DNA of 64,000 nucleotides from Auanema rhodensis. Lineage: Eukaryota; Animalia; Nematoda. The stretch covers positions 4,588,001 through 4,652,000 of the forward strand of contig OZ059895.1 of NCBI GenBank assembly GCA_964057225.1. Direction: 5' to 3'. Made by a program: the position numbers and the translations under genes. Positions within the stretch are counted from its first letter, which is position 1; the number at the start of each line of letters is the position of its first letter. This document shows, one piece after another, positions 47,801 to 62,800 of the stretch. The notes beneath the pieces were generated by a model. It worked only from the letters and a program-made list of their open reading frames with translations, made no database searches and was not told the origin of the DNA.

Positions 47801-50800
47801 TACAAAAATTAGTTATGATTGTTTGAAAAATGATGCATTAGTGTATGTTGAGTTTCCATGTACACTCAACATTGCTTCCAAAAACATTTTGACAAAAATT
47901 TTTTCGAAAAATTTCAAAATAATTTAGCAAAAAGTAGATGTTTTTAGATTCCTTTTTTCAAGGCAAAGACGATGGACAATGTTATTCAACGAAAAAATTA
48001 ATTCTTCAGGGTGAAAATCGAGGATATAAGTGTGAACTTATATCAGTTGATATCTCGGTGCATTTTCAAGCTAGCGCAAATCTGATAACACAGATCGACG
48101 CAGCTTAAAAATCCGCATCGAATGCACTATACTTCATTGAGAAACGCTTAATACAAAAATTAGTTATGATCGTTTGAAAAATGATGCATTAGTGTATGTT
48201 GAGTTTCCATGTACACTCAACATTGCTTCCAAAAACATTTTGACAAAAATTTTTTCGAAAAATTTCAAAATAATTTAGCAAAAAGTAGATGTTTTTAGAT
48301 TCCTTTTTTCAAGGCAAAGACGATGGACAATGTTATTCAACGAAAAAATTAATTCTTCAGGGTGAAAATCGAGGATATAAGTGTGAACTTATATCAGTTG
48401 ATATCTCGGTGCATTTTCAAGCTAGCGCAAATCTGATAACACAGATCGACGCAGCTTAAAAATCCGCATCGAATGCACTATACTTCATTGAGAAACGCTT
48501 AATACAAAAATTAGTTATGATCGTTTGAAAAATGATGCATTAGTGTATGTTGAGTTTCCATGTACACTCAACATTGCTTCCAAAAACATTTTGACAAAAA
48601 TTTTTTCGAAAAATTTCAAAATAATTTAGCAAAGAGTAGATGTTTTTAGATTCCTTTTTTCAAGGCAAAGATGATGGACAATGTTATTCAACGAAAAAAT
48701 TAATTCTTCAGGGTGAAAATCGAGGATATAAGTGTGAACATATATCAGTTGATATCTCGGTGCATTTTCAAGCTAGCGCAAATCTGATAACACAGATCGA
48801 CGCAGCTTAAAAATCCGCATCGAATGCACTATACTTCATTGAGAAACGCTTAATACAAAAATTAGTTATGATTGTTTGAAAAATGATGCATTAGTGTATG
48901 TTGAGTTTCCATGTACACTCAACATTGCTTCCAAAAACATTTTGACAAAAATTTTTTCGAAAAATTTCAAAATAATTTAGCAAAAAGTAGATGTTTTTAG
49001 ATTCCTTTTTTCAAGGCAAAGACGATGGACAATGTTATTCAACGAAAAAATTAATTCTTCAGGGTGAAAATCGAGGATATAAGTGTGAACTTATATCAGT
49101 TGATATCTCGGTGCATTTTCAAGCTAGCGCAAATCTGATAACACAGATCGACGCAGCTTAAAAATCCGCATCGAATGCACTATACTTCATTGAGAAACGC
49201 TTAATACAAAAATTAGTTATGATCGTTTGAAAAATGATGCATTAGTGTATGTTGAGTTTCCATGTACACTCAACATTGCTTCCAAAAACATTTTGACAAA
49301 AATTTTTTCGAAAAATTTCAAAATAATTTAGCAAAGAGTAGATGTTTTTAGATTCCTTTTTTCAAGGCAAAGACGATGGACAATGTTATTCAACGAAAAA
49401 ATTAATTCTTCAGGGTGAAAATCGAGGATATAAGTGTGAACATATATCAGTTGATATCTCGGTGCATTTTCAAGCTAGCGCAAATCTGATAACACAGATC
49501 GACGCAGCTTAAAAATCCGCATCGAATGCACTATACTTCATTGAGAAACGCTTAATACAAAAATTAGTTATGATCGTTTGAAAAATGATGCATTAGTTTA
49601 TGTTGAGTTTCCATGTACACTCAACATTGCTTCCAAAAACATTTTGACAAAAATTTTTTCGAAAAATTTCAAAATAATTTAGCGAAAAGTAGATGTTTTT
49701 AGATTCCTTTTTTCAAGGCAAAGATGATGGACAATGTTATTCAACGAAAAAATTAATTCTTCAGGGTGAAAATCGAGGATATAAGTGTGAACATATATCA
49801 GTTGATATCTCGGTGCATTTTCAAGCTAGCGCAAATCTGATAACACAGATCGACGCAGCTTAAAAATCCGCATCGAATGCACTATACTTCATTGAGAAAC
49901 GCTTAATACAAAAATTAGTTATGATTGTTTGAAAAATGATGCATTAGTGTATGTTGAGTTTCCATGTACACTCAACATTGCTTCCAAAAACATTTTGACA
50001 AAAATTTTTTCGAAAAATTTCAAAATAATTTAGCAAAAAGTAGATGTTTTTAGATTCCTTTTTTCAAGGCAAAGACGATGGACAATGTTATTCAACGAAA
50101 AAATTAATTCTTCAGGGTGAAAATCGAGGATATAAGTGTGAACTTATATCAGTTGATATCTCGGTGCATTTTCAAGCTAGCGCAAATCTGATAACACAGA
50201 TCGACGCAGCTTAAAAATCCGCATCGAATGCACTATACTTCATTGAGAAACGCTTAATACAAAAATTAGTTATGATCGTTTGAAAAATGATGCATTAGTG
50301 TATGTTGAGTTTCCATGTACACTCAACATTGCTTCCAAAAACATTTTGACAAAAATTTTTTCGAAAAATTTCAAAATAATTTAGCAAAGAGTAGATGTTT
50401 TTAGATTCCTTTTTTCAAGGCAAAGACGATGGACAATGTTATTCAACGAAAAAATTAATTCTTCAGGGTGAAAATCGAGGATATAAGTGTGAACATATAT
50501 CAGTTGATATCTCGGTGCATTTTCAAGCTAGCGCAAATCTGATAACACAGATCGACGCAGCTTAAAAATCCGCATCGAATGCACTATACTTCATTGAGAA
50601 ACGCTTAATACAAAAATTAGTTATGATCGTTTGAAAAATGATGCATTAGTTTATGTTGAGTTTCCATGTACACTCAACATTGCTTCCAAAAACATTTTGA
50701 CAAAAATTTTTTCGAAAAATTTCAAAATAATTTAGCGAAAAGTAGATGTTTTTAGATTCCTTTTTTCAAGGCAAAGATGATGGACAATGTTATTCAACGA

Positions 50801-53800
50801 AAAAATTAATTCTTCAGGGTGAAAATCGAGGATATAAGTGTGAACATATATCAGTTGATATCTCGGTGCATTTTCAAGCTAGCGCAAATCTGATAACACA
50901 GATCGACGCAGCTTAAAAATCCGCATCGAATGCACTATACTTCATTGAGAAACGCTTAATACAAAAATTAGTTATGATTGTTTGAAAAATGATGCATTAG
51001 TGTATGTTGAGTTTCCATGTACACTCAACATTGCTTCCAAAAACATTTTGACAAAAATTTTTTCGAAAAATTTCAAAATAATTTAGCAAAAAGTAGATGT
51101 TTTTAGATTCCTTTTTTCAAGGCAAAGACGATGGACAATGTTATTCAACGAAAAAATTAATTCTTCAGGGTGAAAATCGAGGATATAAGTGTGAACTTAT
51201 ATCAGTTGATATCTCGGTGCATTTTCAAGCTAGCGCAAATCTGATAACACAGATCGACGCAGCTTAAAAATCCGCATCGAATGCACTATACTTCATTGAG
51301 AAACGCTTAATACAAAAATTAGTTATGATCGTTTGAAAAATGATGCATTAGTGTATGTTGAGTTTCCATGTACACTCAACATTGCTTCCAAAAACATTTT
51401 GACAAAAATTTTTTCGAAAAATTTCAAAATAATTTAGCAAAAAGTAGATGTTTTTAGATTCCTTTTTTCAAGGCAAAGACGATGGACAATGTTATTCAAC
51501 GAAAAAATTAATTCTTCAGGGTGAAAATCGAGGATATAAGTGTGAACTTATATCAGTTGATATCTCGGTGCATTTTCAAGCTAGCGCAAATCTGATAACA
51601 CAGATCGACGCAGCTTAAAAATCCGCATCGAATGCACTATACTTCATTGAGAAACGCTTAATACAAAAATTAGTTATGATCGTTTGAAAAATGATGCATT
51701 AGTGTATGTTGAGTTTCCATGTACACTCAACATTGCTTCCAAAAACATTTTGACAAAAATTTTTTCGAAAAATTTCAAAATAATTTAGCAAAGAGTAGAT
51801 GTTTTTAGATTCCTTTTTTCAAGGCAAAGATGATGGACAATGTTATTCAACGAAAAAATTAATTCTTCAGGGTGAAAATCGAGGATATAAGTGTGAACAT
51901 ATATCAGTTGATATCTCGGTGCATTTTCAAGCTAGCGCAAATCTGATAACACAGATCGACGCAGCTTAAAAATCCGCATCGAATGCACTATACTTCATTG
52001 AGAAACGCTTAATACAAAAATTAGTTATGATTGTTTGAAAAATGATGCATTAGTGTATGTTGAGTTTCCATGTACACTCAACATTGCTTCCAAAAACATT
52101 TTGACAAAAATTTTTTCGAAAAATTTCAAAATAATTTAGCGAAAAGTAGATGTTTTTAGATTCCTTTTTTCAAGGCAAAGATGATGGACAATGTTATTCA
52201 ACGAAAAAATTAATTCTTCAGGGTGAAAATCGAGGATATAAGTGTGAACATATATCAGTTGATATCTCGGTGCATTTTCAAGCTAGCGCAAATCTGATAA
52301 CACAGATCGACGCAGCTTAAAAATCCGCATCGAATGCACTATACTTCATTGAGAAACGCTTAATACAAAAATTAGTTATGATCGTTTGAAAAATGATGCA
52401 TTAGTGTATGTTGAGTTTCCATGTACACTCAACATTGCTTCCAAAAACATTTTGACAAAAATTTTTTCGAAAAATTTCAAAATAATTTAGCAAAAAGTAG
52501 ATGTTTTTAGATTCCTTTTTTCAAGGCAAAGACGATGGACAATGTTATTCAACGAAAAAATTAATTCTTCAGGGTGAAAATCGAGGATATAAGTGTGAAC
52601 TTATATCAGTTGATATCTCGGTGCATTTTCAAGCTAGCGCAAATCTGATAACACAGATCGACGCAGCTTAAAAATCCGCATCGAATGCACTATACTTCAT
52701 TGAGAAACGCTTAATACAAAAATTAGTTATGATCGTTTGAAAAATGATGCATTAGTGTATGTTGAGTTTCCATGTACACTCAACATTGCTTCCAAAAACA
52801 TTTTGACAAAAATTTTTTCGAAAAATTTCAAAATAATTTAGCAAAGAGTAGATGTTTTTAGATTCCTTTTTTCAAGGCAAAGATGATGGACAATGTTATT
52901 CAACGAAAAAATTAATTCTTCAGGGTGAAAATCGAGGATATAAGTGTGAACATATATCAGTTGATATCTCGGTGCATTTTCAAGCTAGCGCAAATCTGAT
53001 AACACAGATCGACGCAGCTTAAAAATCCGCATCGAATGCACTATACTTCATTGAGAAACGCTTAATACAAAAATTAGTTATGATTGTTTGAAAAATGATG
53101 CATTAGTGTATGTTGAGTTTCCATGTACACTCAACATTGCTTCCAAAAACATTTTGACAAAAATTTTTTCGAAAAATTTCAAAATAATTTAGCGAAAAGT
53201 AGATGTTTTTAGATTCCTTTTTTCAAGGCAAAGATGATGGACAATGTTATTCAACGAAAAAATTAATTCTTCAGGGTGAAAATCGAGGATATAAGTGTGA
53301 ACATATATCAGTTGATATCTCGGTGCATTTTCAAGCTAGCGCAAATCTGATAACACAGATCGACGCAGCTTAAAAATCCGCATCGAATGCACTATACTTC
53401 ATTGAGAAACGCTTAATACAAAAATTAGTTATGATCGTTTGAAAAATGATGCATTAGTGTATGTTGAGTTTCCATGTACACTCAACATTGCTTCCAAAAA
53501 CATTTTGACAAAAATTTTTTCGAAAAATTTCAAAATAATTTAGCGAAAAGTAGATGTTTTCAGATTCCTTTTTTCAAGGCAAAGATGATGGACAATGTTA
53601 TTCAACGAAAAAATTAATTCTTCAGGGTGAAAATCGAGGATATAAGTGTGAACATATATCAGTTGATATCTCGGTGCATTTTCAAGCTAGCGCAAATCTG
53701 ATAACACAGATCGACGCAGCTTAAAAATCCGCATCGAATGCACTATACTTCATTGAGAAACGCTTAATACAAAAATTAGTTATGATCGTTTGAAAAATGA

Positions 53801-56800
53801 TGCATTAGTGTATGTTGAGTTTCCATGTACACTCAACATTGCTTCCAAAAACATTTTGACAAAAATTTTTTCGAAAAATTTCAAAATAATTTAGCAAAGA
53901 GTAGATGTTTTTAGATTCCTTTTTTCAAGGCAAAGATGATGGACAAAGTTATTCAACGAAAAAATTAATTCTTCAGGGTGAAAATCGAGGATATAAGTGT
54001 GAACATATATCAGTTGATATCTCGGTGCATTTTCAAGCTAGCGCAAATCTGATAACACAGATCGACGCAGCTTAAAAATCCGCATCGAGTGCACTATACT
54101 TCATTGAGAAACGCTTAATACAAAAATTAGTTATGATTGTTTGAAAAATGATGCATTAGTGTATGTTGAGTTTCCATGTACACTCAACATTGCTTCCAAA
54201 AACATTTTGACAAAAATTTTTTCGAAAAATTTCAAAATAATTTAGCAAAAAGTAGATGTTTTTAGATTCCTTTTTTCAAGGCAAAGACGATGGACAATGT
54301 TATTCAACGAAAAAATTAATTCTTCAGGGTGAAAATCGAGGATATAAGTGTGAACATATATCAGTTGATATCTCGGTGCATTTTCAAGCTAGCGCAAATC
54401 TGATAACACAGATCGACGCAGCTTAAAAATCCGCATCGAATGCACTATACTTCATTGAGAAACGCTTAATACAAAAATTAGTTATGATCGTTTGAAAAAT
54501 GATGCATTAGTTTATGTTGAGTTTCCATGTACACTCAACATTGCTTCCAAAAACATTTTGACAAAAATTTTTTCGAAAAATTTCAAAATAATTTAGCGAA
54601 AAGTAGATGTTTTTAGATTCCTTTTTTCAAGGCAAAGATGATGGACAATGTTATTCAACGAAAAAATTAATTCTTCAGGGTGAAAATCGAGGATATAAGT
54701 GTGAACATATATCAGTTGATATCTCGGTGCATTTTCAAGCTAGCGCAAATCTGATAACACAGATCGACGCAGCTTAAAAATCCGCATCGAATGCACTATA
54801 CTTCATTGAGAAACGCTTAATACAAAAATTAGTTATGATTGTTTGAAAAATGATGCATTAGTGTATGTTGAGTTTCCATGTACACTCAACATTGCTTCCA
54901 AAAACATTTTGACAAAAATTTTTTCGAAAAATTTCAAAATAATTTAGCAAAAAGTAGATGTTTTTAGATTCCTTTTTTCAAGGCAAAGACGATGGACAAT
55001 GTTATTCAACGAAAAAATTAATTCTTCAGGGTGAAAATCGAGGATATAAGTGTGAACTTATATCAGTTGATATCTCGGTGCATTTTCAAGCTAGCGCAAA
55101 TCTGATAACACAGATCGACGCAGCTTAAAAATCCGCATCGAATGCACTATACTTCATTGAGAAACGCTTAATACAAAAATTAGTTATGATCGTTTGAAAA
55201 ATGATGCATTAGTGTATGTTGAGTTTCCATGTACACTCAACATTGCTTCCAAAAACATTTTGACAAAAATTTTTTCGAAAAATTTCAAAATAATTTAGCA
55301 AAAAGTAGATGTTTTTAGATTCCTTTTTTCAAGGCAAAGACGATGGACAATGTTATTCAACGAAAAAATTAATTCTTCAGGGTGAAAATCGAGGATATAA
55401 GTGTGAACTTATATCAGTTGATATCTCGGTGCATTTTCAAGCTAGCGCAAATCTGATAACACAGATCGACGCAGCTTAAAAATCCGCATCGAATGCACTA
55501 TACTTCATTGAGAAACGCTTAATACAAAAATTAGTTATGATCGTTTGAAAAATGATGCATTAGTGTATGTTGAGTTTCCATGTACACTCAACATTGCTTC
55601 CAAAAACATTTTGACAAAAATTTTTTCGAAAAATTTCAAAATAATTTAGCAAAGAGTAGATGTTTTTAGATTCCTTTTTTCAAGGCAAAGATGATGGACA
55701 ATGTTATTCAACGAAAAAATTAATTCTTCAGGGTGAAAATCGAGGATATAAGTGTGAACATATATCAGTTGATATCTCGGTGCATTTTCAAGCTAGCGCA
55801 AATCTGATAACACAGATCGACGCAGCTTAAAAATCCGCATCGAATGCACTATACTTCATTGAGAAACGCTTAATACAAAAATTAGTTATGATTGTTTGAA
55901 AAATGATGCATTAGTGTATGTTGAGTTTCCATGTACACTCAACATTGCTTCCAAAAACATTTTGACAAAAATTTTTTCGAAAAATTTCAAAATAATTTAG
56001 CGAAAAGTAGATGTTTTTAGATTCCTTTTTTCAAGGCAAAGATGATGGACAATGTTATTCAACGAAAAAATTAATTCTTCAGGGTGAAAATCGAGGATAT
56101 AAGTGTGAACATATATCAGTTGATATCTCGGTGCATTTTCAAGCTAGCGCAAATCTGATAACACAGATCGACGCAGCTTAAAAATCCGCATCGAATGCAC
56201 TATACTTCATTGAGAAACGCTTAATACAAAAATTAGTTATGATCGTTTGAAAAATGATGCATTAGTGTATGTTGAGTTTCCATGTACACTCAACATTGCT
56301 TCCAAAAACATTTTGACAAAAATTTTTTCGAAAAATTTCAAAATAATTTAGCAAAAAGTAGATGTTTTTAGATTCCTTTTTTCAAGGCAAAGACGATGGA
56401 CAATGTTATTCAACGAAAAAATTAATTCTTCAGGGTGAAAATCGAGGATATAAGTGTGAACTTATATCAGTTGATATCTCGGTGCATTTTCAAGCTAGCG
56501 CAAATCTGATAACACAGATCGACGCAGCTTAAAAATCCGCATCGAATGCACTATACTTCATTGAGAAACGCTTAATACAAAAATTAGTTATGATCGTTTG
56601 AAAAATGATGCATTAGTGTATGTTGAGTTTCCATGTACACTCAACATTGCTTCCAAAAACATTTTGACAAAAATTTTTTCGAAAAATTTCAAAATAATTT
56701 AGCAAAGAGTAGATGTTTTTAGATTCCTTTTTTCAAGGCAAAGATGATGGACAATGTTATTCAACGAAAAAATTATTTCTTCAGGGTGAAAATCGAGGAT

Positions 56801-59800
56801 ATAAGTGTGAACATATATCAGTTGATATCTCGGTGCATTTTCAAGCTAGCGCAAATCTGATAACACAGATCGACGCAGCTTAAAAATCCGCATCGAATGC
56901 ACTATACTTCATTGAGAAACGCTTAATACAAAAATTAGTTATGATTGTTTGAAAAATGATGCATTAGTGTATGTTGAGTTTCCATGTACACTCAACATTG
57001 CTTCCAAAAACATTTTGACAAAAATTTTTTCGAAAAATTTCAAAATAATTTAGCGAAAAGTAGATGTTTTTAGATTCCTTTTTTCAAGGCAAAGATGATG
57101 GACAATGTTATTCAACGAAAAAATTAATTCTTCAGGGTGAAAATCGAGGATATAAGTGTGAACATATATCAGTTGATATCTCGGTGCATTTTCAAGCTAG
57201 CGCAAATCTGATAACACAGATCGACGCAGCTTAAAAATCCGCATCGAATGCACTATACTTCATTGAGAAACGCTTAATACAAAAATTAGTTATGATCGTT
57301 TGAAAAATGATGCATTAGTGTATGTTGAGTTTCCATGTACACTCAACATTGCTTCCAAAAACATTTTGACAAAAATTTTTTCGAAAAATTTCAAAATAAT
57401 TTAGCGAAAAGTAGATGTTTTCAGATTCCTTTTTTCAAGGCAAAGATGATGGACAATGTTATTCAACGAAAAAATTAATTCTTCAGGGTGAAAATCGAGG
57501 ATATAAGTGTGAACATATATCAGTTGATATCTCGGTGCATTTTCAAGCTAGCGCAAATCTGATAACACAGATCGACGCAGCTTAAAAATCCGCATCGAAT
57601 GCACTATACTTCATTGAGAAACGCTTAATACAAAAATTAGTTATGATCGTTTGAAAAATGATGCATTAGTTTATGTTGAGTTTCCATGTACACTCAACAT
57701 TGCTTCCAAAAACATTTTGACAAAAATTTTTTCGAAAAATTTCAAAATAATTTAGCGAAAAGTAGATGTTTTTAGATTCCTTTTTTCAAGGCAAAGATGA
57801 TGGACAATGTTATTCAACGAAAAAATTAATTCTTCAGGGTGAAAATCGAGGATATAAGTGTGAACATATATCAGTTGATATCTCGGTGCATTTTCAAGCT
57901 AGCGCAAATCTGATAACACAGATCGACGCAGCTTAAAAATCCGCATCGAATGCACTATACTTCATTGAGAAACGCTTAATACAAAAATTAGTTATGATCG
58001 TTTGAAAAATGATGCATTAGTTTATGTTGAGTTTCCATGTACACTCAACATTGCTTCCAAAAACATTTTGACAAAAATTTTTTCGAAAAATTTCAAAATA
58101 ATTTAGCGAAAAGTAGATGTTTTTAGATTCCTTTTTTCAAGGCAAAGATGATGGACAATGTTATTCAACGAAAAAATTAATTCTTCAGGGTGAAAATCGA
58201 GGATATAAGTGTGAACATATATCAGTTGATATCTCGGTGCATTTTCAAGCTAGCGCAAATCTGATAACACAGATCGACGCAGCTTAAAAATCCGCATCGA
58301 ATGCACTATACTTCATTGAGAAACGCTTAATACAAAAATTAGTTATGATTGTTTGAAAAATGATGCATTAGTGTATGTTGAGTTTCCATGTACACTCAAC
58401 ATTGCTTCCAAAAACATTTTGACAAAAATTTTTTCGAAAAATTTCAAAATAATTTAGCAAAAAGTAGATGTTTTTAGATTCCTTTTTTCAAGGCAAAGAC
58501 GATGGACAATGTTATTCAACGAAAAAATTAATTCTTCGGGGTGAAAATCGAGGATATAAGTGTGAACATATATCAGTTGATATCTCGGTGCATTTTCAAG
58601 CTAGCGCAAATCTGATAACACAGATCGACGCAGCTTAAAAATCCGCATCGAATGCACTATACTTCATTGAGAAACGCTTAATACAAAAATTAGTTATGAT
58701 TGTTTGAAAAATGATGCATTAGTGTATGTTGAGTTTCCATGTACACTCAACATTGCTTCCAAAAACATTTTGACAAAAATTTTTTCGAAAAATTTCAAAA
58801 TAATTTAGCAAAAAGTAGATGTTTTTAGATTCCTTTTTTCAAGGCAAAGACGATGGACAATGTTATTCAACGAAAAAATTAATTCTTCAGGGTGAAAATC
58901 GAGGATATAAGTGTGAACTTATATCAGTTGATATCTCGGTGCATTTTCAAGCTAGCGCAAATCTGATAACACAGATCGACGCAGCTTAAAAATCCGCATC
59001 GAATGCACTATACTTCATTGAGAAACGCTTAATACAAAAATTAGTTATGATCGTTTGAAAAATGATGCATTAGTTTATGTTGAGTTTCCATGTACACTCA
59101 ACATTGCTTCCAAAAACATTTTGACAAAAATTTTTTCGAAAAATTTCAAAATAATTTAGCGAAAAGTAGATGTTTTTAGATTCCTTTTTTCAAGGCAAAG
59201 ATGATGGACAATGTTATTCAACGAAAAAATTAATTCTTCAGGGTGAAAATCGAGGATATAAGTGTGAACATATATCAGTTGATATCTCGGTGCATTTTCA
59301 AGCTAGCGCAAATCTGATAACACAGATCGACGCAGCTTAAAAATCCGCATCGAATGCACTATACTTCATTGAGAAACGCTTAATACAAAAATTAGTTATG
59401 ATTGTTTGAAAAATGATGCATTAGTGTATGTTGAGTTTCCATGTACACTCAACATTGCTTCCAAAAACATTTTGACAAAAATTTTTTCGAAAAATTTCAA
59501 AATAATTTAGCGAAAAGTAGATGTTTTTAGATTCCTTTTTTCAAGGCAAAGATGATGGACAATGTTATTCAACGAAAAAATTAATTCTTCAGGGTGAAAA
59601 TCGAGGATATAAGTGTGAACATATATCAGTTGATATCTCGGTGCATTTTCAAGCTAGCGCAAATCTGATAACACAGATCGACGCAGCTTAAAAATCCGCA
59701 TCGAATGCACTATACTTCATTGAGAAACGCTTAATACAAAAATTAGTTATGATCGTTTGAAAAATGATGCATTAGTGTATGTTGAGTTTCCATGTACACT

Positions 59801-62800
59801 CAACATTGCTTCCAAAAACATTTTGACAAAAATTTTTTCGAAAAATTTCAAAATAATTTAGCGAAAAGTAGATGTTTTCAGATTCCTTTTTTCAAGGCAA
59901 AGATGATGGACAATGTTATTCAACGAAAAAATTAATTCTTCAGGGTGAAAATCGAGGATATAAGTGTGAACATATATCAGTTGATATCTCGGTGCATTTT
60001 CAAGCTAGCGCAAATCTGATAACACAGATCGACGCAGCTTAAAAATCCGCATCGAATGCACTATACTTCATTGAGAAACGCTTAATACAAAAATTAGTTA
60101 TGATCGTTTGAAAAATGATGCATTAGTTTATGTTGAGTTTCCATGTACACTCAACATTGCTTCCAAAAACATTTTGACAAAAATTTTTTCGAAAAATTTC
60201 AAAATAATTTAGCGAAAAGTAGATGTTTTTAGATTCCTTTTTTCAAGGCAAAGATGATGGACAATGTTATTCAACGAAAAAATTAATTCTTCAGGGTGAA
60301 AATCGAGGATATAAGTGTGAACATATATCAGTTGATATCTCGGTGCATTTTCAAGCTAGCGCAAATCTGATAACACAGATCGACGCAGCTTAAAAATCCG
60401 CATCGAATGCACTATACTTCATTGAGAAACGCTTAATACAAAAATTAGTTATGATCGTTTGAAAAATGATGCATTAGTTTATGTTGAGTTTCCATGTACA
60501 CTCAACATTGCTTCCAAAAACATTTTGACAAAAATTTTTTCGAAAAATTTCAAAATAATTTAGCGAAAAGTAGATGTTTTTAGATTCCTTTTTTCAAGGC
60601 AAAGATGATGGACAATGTTATTCAACGAAAAAATTAATTCTTCAGGGTGAAAATCGAGGATATAAGTGTGAACATATATCAGTTGATATCTCGGTGCATT
60701 TTCAAGCTAGCGCAAATCTGATAACACAGATCGACGCAGCTTAAAAATCCGCATCGAATGCACTATACTTCATTGAGAAACGCTTAATACAAAAATTAGT
60801 TATGATTGTTTGAAAAATGATGCATTAGTGTATGTTGAGTTTCCATGTACACTCAACATTGCTTCCAAAAACATTTTGACAAAAATTTTTTCGAAAAATT
60901 TCAAAATAATTTAGCAAAAAGTAGATGTTTTTAGATTCCTTTTTTCAAGGCAAAGACGATGGACAATGTTATTCAACGAAAAAATTAATTCTTCAGGGTG
61001 AAAATCGAGGATATAAGTGTGAACTTATATCAGTTGATATCTCGGTGCATTTTCAAGCTAGCGCAAATCTGATAACACAGATCGACGCAGCTTAAAAATC
61101 CGCATCGAATGCACTATACTTCATTGAGAAACGCTTAATACAAAAATTAGTTATGATCGTTTGAAAAATGATGCATTAGTGTATGTTGAGTTTCCATGTA
61201 CACTCAACATTGCTTCCAAAAACATTTTGACAAAAATTTTTTCGAAAAATTTCAAAATAATTTAGCAAAAAGTAGATGTTTTTAGATTCCTTTTTTCAAG
61301 GCAAAGACGATGGACAATGTTATTCAACGAAAAAATTAATTCTTCAGGGTGAAAATCGAGGATATAAGTGTGAACTTATATCAGTTGATATCTCGGTGCA
61401 TTTTCAAGCTAGCGCAAATCTGATAACACAGATCGACGCAGCTTAAAAATCCGCATCGAATGCACTATACTTCATTGAGAAACGCTTAATACAAAAATTA
61501 GTTATGATCGTTTGAAAAATGATGCATTAGTGTATGTTGAGTTTCCATGTACACTCAACATTGCTTCCAAAAACATTTTGACAAAAATTTTTTCGAAAAA
61601 TTTCAAAATAATTTAGCAAAGAGTAGATGTTTTTAGATTCCTTTTTTCAAGGCAAAGATGATGGACAATGTTATTCAACGAAAAAATTAATTCTTCAGGG
61701 TGAAAATCGAGGATATAAGTGTGAACATATATCAGTTGATATCTCGGTGCATTTTCAAGCTAGCGCAAATCTGATAACACAGATCGACGCAGCTTAAAAA
61801 TCCGCATCGAATGCACTATACTTCATTGAGAAACGCTTAATACAAAAATTAGTTATGATTGTTTGAAAAATGATGCATTAGTGTATGTTGAGTTTCCATG
61901 TACACTCAACATTGCTTCCAAAAACATTTTGACAAAAATTTTTTCGAAAAATTTCAAAATAATTTAGCAAAAAGTAGATGTTTTTAGATTCCTTTTTTCA
62001 AGGCAAAGACGATGGACAATGTTATTCAACGAAAAAATTAATTCTTCAGGGTGAAAATCGAGGATATAAGTGTGAACATATATCAGTTGATATCTCGGTG
62101 CATTTTCAAGCTAGCGAAATCTGATAACACAGATCGACGCAGCTTAAAAATCCGCATCGAATGCACTATACTTCATTGAGAAACGCTTAATACAAAAATT
62201 AGTTATGATCGTTTGAAAAATGATGCATTAGTGTATGTTGAGTTTCCATGTACACTCAACATTGCTTCCAAAAACATTTTGACAAAAATTTTTTCGAAAA
62301 ATTTCAAAATAATTTAGCAAAAAGTAGATGTTTTTAGATTCCTTTTTTCAAGGCAAAGATGATGGACAATGTTATTCAACGAAAAAATTGATTCTTCAGG
62401 GTGAAAATCGAGGATATAAGTGTGAACATATATCAGTTGATATCTCGGTGCATTTACAAGCTAGCGCAAATCTGATAACACAGATCGACGCAGCTTAAAA
62501 ATCCGCATCGAATGCACTATACTTCATTGAGAAACGCTTAATACAAAAATTAGTTATGATCGTTTGAAAAATGATGCATTAGTGTATGTTGAGTTTCCAT
62601 GTACACTCAACATTGCTTCCAAAAACATTTTGACAAAAATTTTTTCGAAACATTTCAAAATAATTTAGCAAAAAGGAGATGTTTTTCGATTCCTTTTTTC
62701 AAGGCAAAGACGATGGACAATGTTATTCAACGAAAAAATTAATTCTTCAGGGTGAAAATCGAGGATATAAGTGTGAACTTATATCAGTTGATATCTCGGT

